NCBI RefSeq assembly: GCF_009914755.1
Contig: NC_060929.1
Length of the DNA: 64,000 bases
Source: the human T2T-CHM13v2.0 reference genome, Homo sapiens
Direction: 5' to 3' (one strand)
The notes below the pieces were generated by a model. That model was not told the DNA's origin. It was given only the letters and a program-made list of their open reading frames with translations, and made no database searches. Of the stretch, positions 42,001 through 56,029 are shown piece by piece. How positions within the stretch are numbered: the first letter of the stretch is position 1; each line of letters opens with the position of its first letter. A program made the translations under genes and the position numbers.

Positions 42001-45000
42001 CTGTCTAGTTTAATGTGAATATATTTTCTTTTCCGCCATAGCCCTCAAAGAGCTCCAAATATCCACTTTCAGATTCTACAGAGTGTTTCAAAACTGCTCT
42101 ATCAAAAAAAAGTTTCAACTCGGTGAGTCGAATGCACATATCACAAAGCAGTTTCTGAGAATGCTTTCGTCTATTTTTCCCAGGAAGATATTTCCTTTTT
42201 GACCATAGGCCTCAAATCGCTCCAGATATCCACATGCAGATTCTACAAAAAGAGTGTTTCCAAACTGCCCTATCAAAAGGAAGATTCAACTCTGGTAGTT
42301 GAATGCAAACATCACAAAGAAGTTTCTCAGAATGCTTCTGTCTAGTTTTTAGAGGCAGATATTTCTTTTTCTACCATAGGCCTCAAAGCGCTCCAAATAT
42401 CCACTTGCAGATTCTCCAAAAACAGTGTTTCAAAACTGCTCCATAAAAAGGAAGGTTCAACTCTGTGAGTTGAATGGACAGATCACAAAGTAGTTTCTGA
42501 GAATGCTTCTGCCTAGTGTTTATGTGAAGATATTCCCGTCTCCGATGAAGGCCTCAAAGCAGTCCAAATATCCGCTTGCAGATTCTACAAAAATAGTGTC
42601 TCAAAACTACTCTATGGAAAGGTATGTTCAACACTGTGAGATGAATGCAAACGTCACAAAGAAGTTGCTGAGAATGCTTCAGTCTAGTTTCCATGGGAAG
42701 ACATTTCCTTTGGCACCACAGCCTTCAAAGCACTCCAAATGTCTACTTGCAGATTCGACAAAAGAGTTTTTCAAAACTGCTCTATCAAAAGAAAGGTTCA
42801 ACGCTGTCAGATGAATCAACATATCACAAAAAAGTTTCCGAGAATGCCTCTATCTACTTTTTATGTGAAGATATTCCGGTTTCCAACGAAGGCCTCAAAG
42901 CGCTCCAAATATCTACTTGCAGATTCTAGAAGAAGAGTGTTTCAAAACTGCTCTATTAAAGGAAGGTTCAACTCTGTGAGTTGAATTCACACATCACAAA
43001 GAACTTTCTGACAATGCTTCTATCTAGTTTTTATGTGAAGGTATTACTGTTTCCTATGAAGGCCTCAAAGTGGTCCGAATATCCACTTGCAGATTCTACA
43101 AAAAGAGGTTTCCAAAACTGCTCTATGAAGAGGTATGTTCAACTCTGTGAGTTGAATGCAAACATCACAAAGTAGTTTCTGAGAATGCTTCTGTCTAGTT
43201 TTTAGGGGAAGATATCTCCATTGGCACAATAGCTCTCAAAGCGCTCCAAGTGTCCACTGGCAGATTCTAGCAAAAGAGTGTTTCAAAACTGCTCTGTGAG
43301 AAGAAATGTTCAACTGTGTTAGTTGAATGCCCACATCACAAAGACGATTGTGAGAATATTTCTGTCTAGTTTTTATTAGAAGATATTCCCGTTTCCACCA
43401 AAGGACACAAAGCGAAGCCCATTATCCGCTTGCAGACCTTACAAAAACACGTTTCAAAACTGCTCTATCAAAGGAAAGGTTCATCTCTCTGGGTTCAACG
43501 CACACATCACAAAGAAGTTTCTGAGAATGCTTCTGGCTAGTTTGTGTGTGAAGATATTCCCATTTCCAACAAAGGCTTCAAAGCGCTCCAAAGATTCACC
43601 AGCAATTGTTCAAAAGAGTGTTTCAAAACTGTTCTATCAAAAGGAAGGTTCAACTCTGTGAGTTGAAGGCACGCTTCACATAAATGTTTCCGAGAATGCT
43701 TCTTTCTAGTTTTTATGGGAAGATGTTTCCTTCTCCACCATAGCCCTCAAAGCGCTCCAAGTGTCCGCTGGCAGATTCCACAGAAACAGTGTTTCAAAAC
43801 TGCTCTAACAAAAGAAAGATTCAACTCCGTGATTTGAATGCACACATCACAAAGCATTTTCTGTGAATCCTTCTGTCTAGTTTTTATATGAGGATATTTC
43901 CTTTTCTACCATGGGCATCAAAGGGTTCCAATTATCCAATTGTAGATTGCACAAATAGAGAGTTTCAAAACTGCTTCATGAGAAGGAAGATTCAAATTTG
44001 GGAGTAGAATGCACACATCACGAAGAAGTTTCTGAGAATGCTTCTGTCTAGTTTATATGTGAAGATATTCCCATTTCCAGCAAAGATCTCAAAGCTGTCC
44101 AAATATCCACTTGCGGATCCCACAAACAGAGTGTTTCAAAACTGCTCTACGGAAAGGTATGTTCAACTCTGTGAGTTTACTGCAGACATCCTAAAGAAGT
44201 TTCTGAGAATGCTGCTGTCTAGTTTAATGTGAATATATTTTCTTTTCCGCCATAGCCCTCAAAGAGCTCCAAATATCCACTTTCAGATTCTACAGAGTGT
44301 TTCAAAACTGCTCTATCAAAAAAAAGTTTCAACTCGGTGAGTCGAATGCACATATCACAAAGCAGTTTCTGAGAATGCTTTCGTCTATTTTTCCCAGGAA
44401 GATATTTCCTTTTTGACCATAGGCCTCAAATCGCTCCAGATATCCACATGCAGATTCTACAAAAAGAGTGTTTCCAAACTGCCCTATCAAAAGGAAGATT
44501 CAACTCTGGTAGTTGAATGCAAACATCACAAAGAAGTTTCTCAGAATGCTTCTGTCTAGTTTTTAGAGGCAGATATTTCTTTTTCTACCATAGGCCTCAA
44601 AGCGCTCCAAATATCCACTTGCAGATTCTCCAAAAACAGTGTTTCAAAACTGCTCCATAAAAAGGAAGGTTCAACTCTGTGAGTTGAATGGACAGATCAC
44701 AAAGTAGTTTCTGAGAATGCTTCTGCCTAGTGTTTATGTGAAGATATTCCCGTCTCCGATGAAGGCCTCAAAGCAGTCCAAATATCCGCTTGCAGATTCT
44801 ACAAAAATAGTGTCTGAAAACTACTCTATGGAAAGGTATGTTCAACACTGTGAGATGAATGCAAACGTCACAAAGAAGTTGCTGAGAATGCTTCAGTCTA
44901 GTTTCCATGGGAAGACATTTCCTTTGGCACCACAGCCCTCAAAGCACTCCAAATGTCTACTTGCAGATTCAACAAAAGAGTTTTTCAAAACTGCTCTATC

Positions 45001-48000
45001 AAAAGAAAGGTTCAACGCTGTCAGATGAATCAACATATCACAAAAAAGTTTCTGAGAATGCCTCTATCTACTTTTTCTGTGAAGATATTCCGGTTTCCAA
45101 CGAAGGCCTCAAAGCGCTCCAAATATCTACTTGCAGATTCTAGAAGAAGAGTGTTTCAAAACTGCTCTATTAAAGGAAGGTTCAACTCTGTGAGTTGAAT
45201 TCACACATCACAAAGAACTTTCTGACAATGCTTCTATCTAGTTTTTATGTGAAGGTATTACTGTTTCCTATGAAGGCCTCAAAGTGGTCCGAATATCCAC
45301 TTGCAGATTCTACAAAAAGAGGTTTTCAAAACTGCTCTATGAAGAGGTATGTTCAACTCTGTGAGTTGAATGCAAACATCACAAAGTAGTTTCTGAGAAT
45401 GCTTCTGTCTAGTTTTTAGGGGAAGATATCTCCATTGGCACAATAGCCCTCAAAGCGCTCCAAGTATCCACTGGCAGATTCTAGCAAAAGAGTGTTTCAA
45501 AACTGCTCTGTGAGAAGAAATGTTCAACTGTGTTAGTTGAATGCCCACATCACAAAGACGATTGTGAGAATATTTCTGTCTAGTTTTTATTAGAAGATAT
45601 TCCCGTTTCCACCAAAGGACACAAAGCGAAGCCCATTATCCGCTTGCAGACCTTACAAAAACACGTTTCAAAACTGCTCTATCAAAGGAAAGGTTCATCT
45701 CTCTGGGTTCAACGCACACATCACAAAGAAGTTTCTGAGAATGCTTCTGGCTAGTTTGTGTGTGAAGATATTCCCATTTCCAACAAAGGCTTCAAAGCGC
45801 TCCAAAGATTCACCTGCAATTGTTCAAAAGAGTGTTTCAAAACTGTTCTATCAAAAGGAAGGTTCAACTCTGTGAGTTGAAGGCACGCTTCACATAAATG
45901 TTTCCGAGAATGCTTCTTTCTAGTTTTTATGGGAAGATGTTTCCTTCTCCACCATAGCCCTCAAAGCGCTCCAAGTGTCCGCTGGCAGATTCCACAGAAA
46001 CAGTGTTTCAAAACTGCTCTAACAAAAGAAAGATTCAACTCCGTGATTTGAATGCACACATCACAAAGCATTTTCTGTGAATCCTTCTGTCTAGTTTTTA
46101 TATGAGGATATTTCCTTTTCTACCATGGGCATCAAAGGGTTCCAATTATCCAATTGTAGATTGCACAAATAGAGTGTTTCAAAACTGCTTCATGAGAAGG
46201 AAGATTCAAATTTGGGAGTAGAATGCACACATCACGAAGAAGTTTCTGAGAATGCTTCTGTCTAGTTTATATGTGAAGATATTCCCATTTCCAGCAAAGA
46301 TCTCAAAGCTGTCCAAATATCCACTTGCGGATCCCACAAACAGAGTGTTTCAAAACTGCTCTATGGAAAGGTATGTTCAACTCTGTGAGTTTACTGCAGA
46401 CATCCTAAAGAAGTTTCTGAGAATGCTGCTGTCTAGTTTAATGTGAATATATTTTCTTTTCCGCCATAGCCCTCAAAGAGCTCCAAATATCCACTTTCAG
46501 ATTCTACAGAGTGTTTCAAAACTGCTCTATCAAAAAAAAGTTTCAACTCGGTGAGTCGAATGCACATATCACAAAGCAGTTTCTGAGAATGCTTTCGTCT
46601 ATTTTTCCCAGGAAGATATTTCCTTTTTGACCATAGGCCTCAAATCGCTCCAGATATCCACATGCAGATTCTACAAAAAGAGTGTTTCCAAACTGCCCTA
46701 TCAAAAGGAAGATTCAACTCTGGTAGTTGAATGCAAACATCACAAAGAAGTTTCTCAGAATGCTTCTCTCTAGTTTTTAGAGGCAGATATTTCTTTTTCT
46801 ACCATAGGCCTCAAAGCGCTCTAAATATCCACTTGCAGATTCTCCAAAAACAGTGTTTCAAAACTGCTCCATAAAAAGGAAGGTTCAACTCTGTGAGTTG
46901 AATGGACAGATCACAAAGTAGTTTCTGAGAATGCTTCTGCCTAGTGTTTATGTGAAGATATTCCCGTCTCCGATGAAGGCCTCAAAGCAGTCCAAATATC
47001 CGCTTGCAGATTCTACAAAAATAGTGTCTCAAAACTACTCTATGGAAAGGTATGTTCAACACTGTGAGATGAATGCAAACGTCACAAAGAAGTTGCTGAG
47101 AATGCTTCAGTCTAGTTTCCATGGGAAGACATTTCCTTTGGCACCACAGCCCTCAAAGCACTCCAAATGTCTACTTGCAGATTCGACAAACGAGTTTTTC
47201 AAAACTGCTCTATCAAAAGAAAGGTTCAACGCTGTCAGATGAATCAACATATCACAAAAAAGTTTCTGAGAATGCCTCTATCTACTTTTTCTGTGAAGAT
47301 ATTCCGGTTTCCAACGAAGGCCTCAAAGCGCTCCAAATATCTACTTGCAGATTCTAGAAGAAGAGTGTTTCAAAACTGCTCTATTAAAGGAAGGTTCAAC
47401 TCTGTGAGTTGAATTCACACATCACAAAGAACTTTCTGACAATGCTTCTATCTAGTTTTTATGTGAAGGTATTACTGTTTCCTATGAAGGCCTCAAAGTG
47501 GTCCGAATATCCACTTGCAGATTCTACAAAAAGAGGTTTTCAAAACTGCTCTATGAAGAGGTATGTTCAACTCTGTGAGTTGAATGCAAACATCACAAAG
47601 TAGTTTCTGAGAATGCTTCTGTCTAGTTTTTAGGGGAAGATATCTCCATTGGCACAATAGCCCTCAAAGCGCTCCAAGTATCCACTGGCAGATTCTAGCA
47701 AAAGAGTGTTTCAAAACTGCTCTGTGAGAAGAAATGTTCAACTGTGTTAGTTGAATGCCCACATCACAAAGACGATTGTGAGAATATTTCTGTCTAGTTT
47801 TTATTAGAAGATATTCCCGTTTCCACCAAAGGACACAAAGCGAAGCCCATTATCCGCTTGCAGACCTTACAAAAACACGTTTCAAAACTGCTCTATCAAA
47901 GGAAAGGTTCATCTCTCTGGGTTCAACGCACACATCACAAAGAAGTTTCTGAGAATGCTTCTGGCTAGTTTGTGTGTGAAGATATTCCCATTTCCAACAA

Positions 48001-50920
48001 AGGCTTCAAAGCGCTCCAAAGATTCACCTGCAATTGTTCAAAAGAGTGTTTCAAAACTGTTCTATCAAAAGGAAGGTTCAACTCTGTGAGTTGAAGGCAC
48101 GCTTCACATAAATGTTTCCGAGAATGCTTCTTTCTAGTTTTTATGGGAAGATGTTTCCTTCTCCACCATAGCCCTCAAAGCGCTCCAAGTGTCCGCTGGC
48201 AGATTCCACAGAAACAGTGTTTCAAAACTGCTCTAACAAAAGAAAGATTCAACTCCGTGATTTGAATGCACACATCACAAAGCATTTTCTGTGAATCCTT
48301 CTGTCTAGTTTTTATATGAGGATATTTCCTTTTCTACCATGGGCATCAAAGGGTTCCAATTATCCAATTGTAGATTGCACAAATAGAGTGTTTCAAAACT
48401 GCTTCATGAGAAGGAAGATTCAAATTTGGGAGTAGAATGCACACATCACGAAGAAGTTTCTGAGAATGCTTCTGTCTAGTTTATATGTGAAGATATTCCC
48501 ATTTCCAGCAAAGATCTCAAAGCTGTCCAAATATCCACTTGCGGATCCCACAAACAGAGTGTTTCAAAACTGCTCTACGGAAAGGTATGTTCAACTCTGT
48601 GAGTTTACTGCAGACATCCTAAAGAAGTTTCTGAGAATGCTGCTGTCTAGTTTAATGTGAATATATTTTCTTTTCCGCCATAGCCCTCAAAGAGCTCCAA
48701 ATATCCACTTTCAGATTCTACAGAGTGTTTCAAAACTGCTCTATCAAAAAAAAGTTTCAACTCGGTGAGTCGAATGCACATATCACAAAGCAGTTTCTGA
48801 GAATGCTTTCGTCTATTTTTCCCAGGAAGATATTTCCTTTTTGACCATAGGCCTCAAATCGCTCCAGATATCCACATGCAGATTCTACAAAAAGAGTGTT
48901 TCCAAACTGCCCTATCAAAAGGAAGATTCAACTCTGGTAGTTGAATGCAAACATCACAAAGAAGTTTCTCAGAATGCTTCTGTCTAGTTTTTAGAGGCAG
49001 ATATTTCTTTTTCTACCATAGGCCTCAAAGCGCTCTAAATATCCACTTGCAGATTCTCCAAAAACAGTGTTTCAAAACTGCTCCATAAAAAGGAAGGTTC
49101 AACTCTGTGAGTTGAATGGACAGATCACAAAGTAGTTTCTGAGAATGCTTCTGCCTAGTGTTTATGTGAAGATATTCCCGTCTCCGATGAAGGCCTCAAA
49201 GCAGTCCAAATATCCACTTGCAGATTCTACAAAAATAGTGTCTCAAAACTACTCTATGGAAAGGTATGTTCAACACTGTGAGATGAATGCAAACGTCACA
49301 AAGAAGTTGCTGAGAATGCTTCAGTCTAGTTTCCATGGGAAGACATTTCCTTTGGCACCACAGCCCTCAAAGCACTCCAAATGTCTACTTGCAGATTCGA
49401 CAAAAGAGTTTTTCAAAACTGCTCTATCAAAAGAAAGGTTCAACGCTGTCAGATGAATCAACATATCACAAAAAAGTTTCTGAGAATGCCTCTATCTACT
49501 TTTTCTGTGAAGATATTCCGGTTTCCAACAAAGGCCTCAAAGCGCTCCAAATATCTACTTGCAGATTCTAGAAGAAGAGTGTTTCAAAACTGCTCTATTA
49601 AAGGAAGGTTCAACTCTGTGAGTTGAATTCACACATCACAAAGAACTTTCTGACAATGCTTCTATCTAGTTTTTATGTGAAGGTATTACTGTTTCCTATG
49701 AAGGCCTCAAAGTGGTCCGAATATCCACTTGCAGATTCTACAAAAAGAGGTTTTCAAAACTGCTCTATGAAGAGGTATGTTCAACTCTGTGAGTTGAATG
49801 CAAACATCACAAAGTAGTTTCTGAGAATGCTTCTGTCTAGTTTTTAGGGGAAGATATCTCCATTGGCACAATAGCCCTCAAAGCGCTCCAAGTATCCACT
49901 GGCAGATTCTAGCAAAAGAGTGTTTCAAAACTGCTCTGTGAAAAGAAATGTTCAACTGTGTTAGTTGAATGCCCACATCACAAAGACGATTGTGAGAATA
50001 TTTCTGTCTAGTTTTTATTAGAAGATATTCCCGTTTCCACCAAAGGACACAAAGCGAAGCCCATTATCCGCTTGCAGACCTTACAAAAACACGTTTCAAA
50101 ACTGCTCTATCAAAGGAAAGGTTCATCTCTCTGGGTTCAACGCACACATCACAAAGAAGTTTCTGAGAATGCTTCTGGCTAGTTTGTGTGTGAAGATATT
50201 CCCATTTCCAACAAAGGCTTCAAAGCGCTCCAAAGATTCACCTGCAATTGTTCAAAAGAGTGTTTCAAAACTGTTCTATCAAAAGGAAGGTTCAACTCTG
50301 TGAGTTGAAGGCACGCTTCACATAAATGTTTCCGAGAATGCTTCTTTCTAGTTTTTATGTGAAGATATTTCCTTCTCCACCATAGCCCTCAAAGCGCTCC
50401 AAGTGTCCGCTGGCAGATTCCACAGAAACAGTGTTTCAAAACTGCTCTAACAAAAGAAAGATTCAACTCCATGATTTGAATGCACACATCACAAAGCATT
50501 TTCTGTGAATCCTTCTGTCTAGTTTTTATATGAGGATATTTCCTTTTCTACCATGGGCATCAAAGCGTTCCAATTATCCCATTGTAGATTGGACAAATAG
50601 AGTGTTTCAAAACTGCTTCATGAAAAGGAAGATTCAAATTTGGGAGTAGAATGCACACATCACGAAGAAGTTTCTGAGAATGCTTCTGTCTAGTTTATAT
50701 GTGAAGATATTCCCATTTCCAGCAAAGGTCTCAAAGCGGTCCAAATATCCACTTGCGGATCCCACAAACAGAGTGTTTCAAAACTGCTCTACGGAAAGGT
50801 ATGTTCAACTCTGTGAGTTTACTGTAAACATCCTAAAGAAGTTTCTGAGAGTGCTGCTGTCTAGTTTAATGTGAATATATTTTCTTTTCCGCCATAACCC
50901 TCAAAGAGCTCCTAATATCC
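1..50920 (-). repeat. 13-monomer HOR, 2214-bp unit, 23 copies; SF5-like, possibly the chr5/chr19 D5Z1-type 13-mer
   Basis: The marker actttcagattctacagag starts at 1, 2215, 4428, 6642, 8856 ... 48707 and 50921, and the ORF track repeats at 2214 bp. Two units are 2213 bp because of 1-bp deletions near 2885 and 40620. Box types in copy 1 (near 123, 294, 465, 636, 805, 975, 1147, 1318, 1489, 1658, 1829, 2000, 2170) read A-A-B-A-B-B-A-B-B-A-A-B-A, irregular as in SF5 R1/R2 arrays. The chromosome assignment is recalled from the literature, unverified, and less certain than the structure. Confidence 0.95.
7452..7468 (-). promoter_or_regulatory. Degenerate CENP-B box (representative; closest match, once per HOR)
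   Basis: The reverse complement CTTCGTTGGAAACCGGA keeps TTCG and A but has CCGG where the essential core NTTCGNNNNANNCGGGN needs CGGG. It is predicted to be non-canonical. Confidence 0.8.
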
Positions 50921-53900
50921 ACTTTCAGTTTCTACAGAGTGTTTCAAAACTGCTCTATCAAAAAAAAGTTTCAACTCGGTGAGTCGAATGCACATATCAC
51001 AAAGCAGTTTCTGAGAATGCTTTCGTCTATTTCTCCCAGGAAGATATTTCCTTTTTGACCGTAGGCCTCAAATCGCTCCAGATATCCACATGCAGATTCT
51101 ACAAAAAGAGTGTTTCCAAACTGCCCTATCAAAAGGAAGGTTCAACTCTGGTAGTTGAATGCAAACATCACAAAGAAGTTTCTCAGAATGCTTCTGTCTA
51201 GTTGTTATAGGCAGATATTTCTTTTTCTACCATAGGCCACAAAGCGCTCCAAATATCCACTTGAAGATTCTCCAAAAACAGTGTTTCAAAACTGCTCCAT
51301 AAAAAGGAAGGTTCAACTCTGTGAGTTGAATGGACAGATCACAAAGAAGTTTCTGAGAATGCTTCTGTCTAGTGTTTATGTGAAGATATTCCCGTTTCCG
51401 ATTTAGGCCTCAAAGCAGTCCAAATATCCACTTGCAGATTCTACAAAAATAGTGTTTCAAAACTACTCTATGGAAAGGTATGTTCAACACTGTGAGATGA
51501 ATGCAAACGTCACAAAGAAGTTGCTGAGAATGCTTCAGTCTAGTTTCTATGGGAAGACATTTCCTTTTGCACCACAGCCCTCAAAGCACTCCAAATGTCT
51601 ACATGCAGATTCGATAAAAGAGTTTTTCAAAACTGCTCTATCAAAAGAAAGGTTCAACGCTGTGAGTTGAATCTACATATCACAAAAAAGTTTCTGAGAA
51701 TGCCTCTATCTACTTTTTATGTGAAGATATTCCGGTTTCCAACGAAGGCCTCAATGCGCTCCAAATATCTACTTGCAGATTCTAGAAAAAGAGTGTTTCA
51801 AAACTGCTCTATTAAAGGAAGGTTCAACTCTGTGAGTTGAATTCACACATCACAAAGAACTTTCTGACAATGCTTCTGTCTAGTTTTTATGTGAAGATAT
51901 TACTGTTTCCTATGAAGGCCTCAAAGTGGTCCGAATATCCACTTGCAGATTCTACAAAAAGAGGTTTGCAAAACTGCTCTATGAAGAGGTATGTTCACCT
52001 GTGTGAGTTGAATGCAAACATCACAAAGCAGTTTCTGAGAATGTTTCTGTCTAGTTTTTAGGGGAAGATATTTCCATTGGCACAATAGCCCTCAAAGCGC
52101 TCAAAATATCCACTGGCAGATTCTACCAAAAGAGTCTTTCAAAACTGCTCTGTGAAAAGAAATGTTCAACTGTGTTAGTTGAATGCCCACATCACAAAGA
52201 AGATTCTGAGAATATTTCTGTCTAGTTTTTATTAGAAGATATTCCCGTTTCCACCAAAGGACACAACGCGAAGCCAATTATCTGCTTGCAGATGTGAGGA
52301 AAACACGTTTCAAAACAGCTCTATCAAAGGAAAGGTTCATCTCTCTGGGTTCAACGCACACATCACAAAGAAGTTTCTGAGAATGCTTCTGGCTAGTTTG
52401 TGTGTGAATATATTCCTATTTCCAACAAAGGCTTCAAAGCGCTCCAAAGATTCACCTGCAATTGTTCAAAAGAGTGTTTCAAAACTGTTCTGTGAAAAGA
52501 AATGTTCAACTGTGTTAGTTGAATGCCCACATCACAAAGAAGATTCTGAGAATATTTCTGTCTAGTTTTTATTAGAAGATATTCCCGTTTCCACCAAAGG
52601 ACACAAAGCGAAGCCAATTATCCGCTTGCAGATCTTACAAAAACACGTTTCAAAACTGCTCTATCAAAGGAAAGGTTCATCTCTCTGGGTTCAACGCACA
52701 CATCACAAAGAAGTTTCTGAGAATGCTTCTGGCTAGTTTGTGTGTGAAGATATTCCCATTTCCAACAAAGGCTTCAAAGCGCTCCAAAGATTCACCTGCA
52801 ATTGTTCAAAAGAGTGTTTCAAAACTGTTCTCTCAAAAGAAAGGTTCAACTCTGTGAGTTGAATGCACGCTTCACATAAATGTTTCCGAGAATGCTTCTT
52901 TCTAGTTTTTATGGGAAGATATTTCCTTCTCCACCATAGCCCTCAAAGCGCTCCAAGTGTCCACTGGCAGATTCCACAGAAACAGTGTTTCAAAACTGCT
53001 CTAACAAAAGAAAGATTCAACTCCATGATTTGAATGCACACATCACAAAGCATTTTCTGTGAATCCTTCTGTCTAGTTTTTATATGAGGATATTTCCTTT
53101 TCTACCATGGGCATCAAAGCGTTCCAATTATCCCATTGTAGATTGGACAAATAGAGTGTTTCAAAACTGCTTCATGAAAAGGAAGATTCAAATTTGGGAG
53201 TAGAATGCACACATCACGAAGAAGTTTCTGAGAATGCTTCTGTCTAGTTTATATGTGAAGATATTCCCATTTCCAGCAAAGGTCTCAAAGCGGTCCAAAT
53301 ATCCACTTGCGGATCCCACAAACAGAGTGTTTCAAAACTGCTCTACGGAAAGGTATGTTCAACTCTGTGAGTTTACTGTAAACATCCTAAAGAAGTTTCT
53401 GAGAGTGCTGCTGTCTAGTTTAATGTGAATATATTTTCTTTTCCGCCATAACCCTCAAAGAGCTCCTAATATCCACTTTCAGTTTCTACAGAGTGTTTCA
53501 AAACTGCTCTATCAAAAAAAAGTTTCAAATCGGTGAGTCGAATGCACATATCACAAAGCAGTTTCTGAGAATGCTTTCGTCTATTTTTCCCAGGAAGATA
53601 TTTCCTTTTTGACCATAGGCCTCAAATCGCTCCAGATATCCACATGCAGATTCTACAAAAAGAGTGTTTCCAAACTGCCCTATCAAAAGGAAGGTTCAAC
53701 TAAGGTAGTTGAATGCAAACATCACAAAGAAGTTTCTCAGAATGCTTCTGTCTAGTTGTTATAGGCAGATATTTCTTTTTCTACCATAGGCCACAAAGCG
53801 CTCCAAATATCTACTTGAAGATTCTCCAAAAACAGTGTTTCAAAACTGCTCCATAAAAAGGAAGGTTCAACTCTGTGAGTTGAATGGACAGATCACAAAG

Positions 53901-56029
53901 AAGTTTCTGAGAATGCTTCTGTCTAGTGTTTATGTGAATATATTCCCGTTTCCGATGGAGGCCTCAAAGCAGTCCAAATATCCACTTGCAGATTCTACAA
54001 AAATAGTGTTTCAAATCTACTCTATGGAAAGGTATGTTCAACACTGTGAGATGAATGCAAACGTCACAAAGAAGTTGCTGAGAATGCTTCAGTCTAGTTT
54101 CTATGGGAAGACATTTCCTTTTACACCACAGCCCTCAAAGCACTCCAAATGTCTACATGCAGATTCGATAAAAGAGTTTTTCAAAACTGCTCTATCAAAA
54201 GAAAGGTTCAACGCTGTGAGTTGAATCTACATATCACAAAAAAGTTTCTGAGAATGCCTCTATCTACTTTTTGTGTGAAGATATTCCGGTTTCCAACGAA
54301 GGCCTCAATGCGCTCCAAATATCTACTTGCAGATTCTAGAAAAAGAGTGTTTCAAAACTGCTCTATTAAAGGAAGGTTCAACTCTGTGAGTTGAATTCAC
54401 ACATCACAAAGAACTTGCTGACAATGCTTCTATCTAGTTTTTATGTGAAGATATTACTGTTTCCTATGAAGGCCTCAAAGTGGTCCGAATATCCACTTGC
54501 AGATTCTACAAAAAGAGGTTTGCAAAACTGCTCTATGAAGAGGTATGTTCACCTCTGTGAGTTGAATGCAAACATCACAAAGCAGTTTCTGAGAATGCTT
54601 CTGTCTAGTTTTTAGGGGAAGATATTTCCATTGGCACAATAGCCCTCAAAGCGCTCCAAATATCCACTGGCAGATTCTACCAAAAGAGTCTTTCAAAACT
54701 GCTCTGTGAAAAGAAATGTTCAACTGTGTTAGTTGAATGCCCACATCACAAAGAAGATTCTGAGAATATTTCTGTCTAGTTTTTATTAGAAGATATTCCC
54801 GTTTCCACCAAAGGACACAAAGCGAAGCCAATTATCCGCTTGCAGATGTTAGAAAAACACGTTTCAAAACTGCTCTATCAAAGGAAAGGTTCATCTCTCT
54901 GGGTTCAACGCACACATCACAAAGAAGTTTCTGAGAATGCTTCTGGCTAGTTTGTGTGTTTGAAGATATTCCCATTTCCAACAAAGCCTTCAAAGCGCTC
55001 CAAGATTCTCCTGCAATTGTTCAAAAGAGTGTTTCAAAACTGTTCTGTGAAAAGAAATGTTCAACTGTGTTAGTTGAATGCCCACATCACAGAGAAGATT
55101 CTGAGAATATTTCTGTCTAGTTTTTATTAGAAGATATTCCCGTTTCCACCAAAGGACACAAAGCGAAGCCAATTATCCGCTTGCAGATCTTACAAAAACA
55201 CGTTTCAAAACTGCTCTATCAAAGGAAAGGTTCATCTCTCTGGGTTCAACGCACACATCACAAAGAAGTTTCTGAGAATGCTTCTGGCTAGTTTGTGTGT
55301 GAAGATATTCCCATTTCCAACAAAGGCTTCAAAGCGCTCCAAAGATTCACCTGCAATTGTTCAAAAGAGTGTTTCAAAACTGTTCTATCAAAAGAAAGGT
55401 TCAACTCTGTGAGTTGAATGCACGCTTCACATAAATGTTTCCGAGAATGCTTCTTTCTAGTTTTTATGTGAAGATATTTCCTTCTCCACCATAGCCCTCA
55501 AAGCGCTCCAAGTGTCCGCTGGCAGATTCCACAGAAACAGTGTTTCAAAAGTGCTCTAACAAAAGAAAGATTCAACTCCGTGATTTGAATGCACACATCA
55601 CAAAGCATTTTCTGTGAATGCTTCCGTCTAGTTTTTATATGAGGATATTTCATTTTCTACCATGGGCATCAAAGCGTTCCAATTATCCCATTGTAGATTG
55701 CACAAACAGAGTGTTTCAAAACTGCTTCATGAAAAGGAAGATTCAAATTTGGGAGTAGAATGCACACATCACGGAGAAGTTTCTGAGAATGCTTCTGTCT
55801 AGTTTATATGTGAAGATATTCCCATTTCCAGCAAAGGTCTCAAAGCGGTCCAAATATCCACTTGCGGATCCCACAAACAGAGTGTTTCAAAACTGCTCTA
55901 CGGAAAGGTATGTTCAACTCTGTGAGTTTACTGTAAACATCCTAAAGAAGTTTCTGAGAATGCTGCTGTCTAGTTTAATGTGAATATATTTTCTTTTCCG
56001 CCATAGCCCTCAAAGAGCTCCAAATATCC
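50921..56029 (-). repeat. Two 15-monomer HOR structural variants (2554 and 2555 bp)
   Basis: The unit marker falls at 50921, 53475 and 56030. The extra 340-341 bp is a tandem duplication of two monomers: tgtgaaaagaaatgttc recurs at 52151/52491 and 54705/55046. Confidence 0.95.

Noticed and set aside
5245-49535. Shared ccaacaaag allele in units at both ends of the core (~5251 and ~49530)
   Set aside because: It is a single CpG transition and is easily recurrent, so it is insufficient to infer a relationship.
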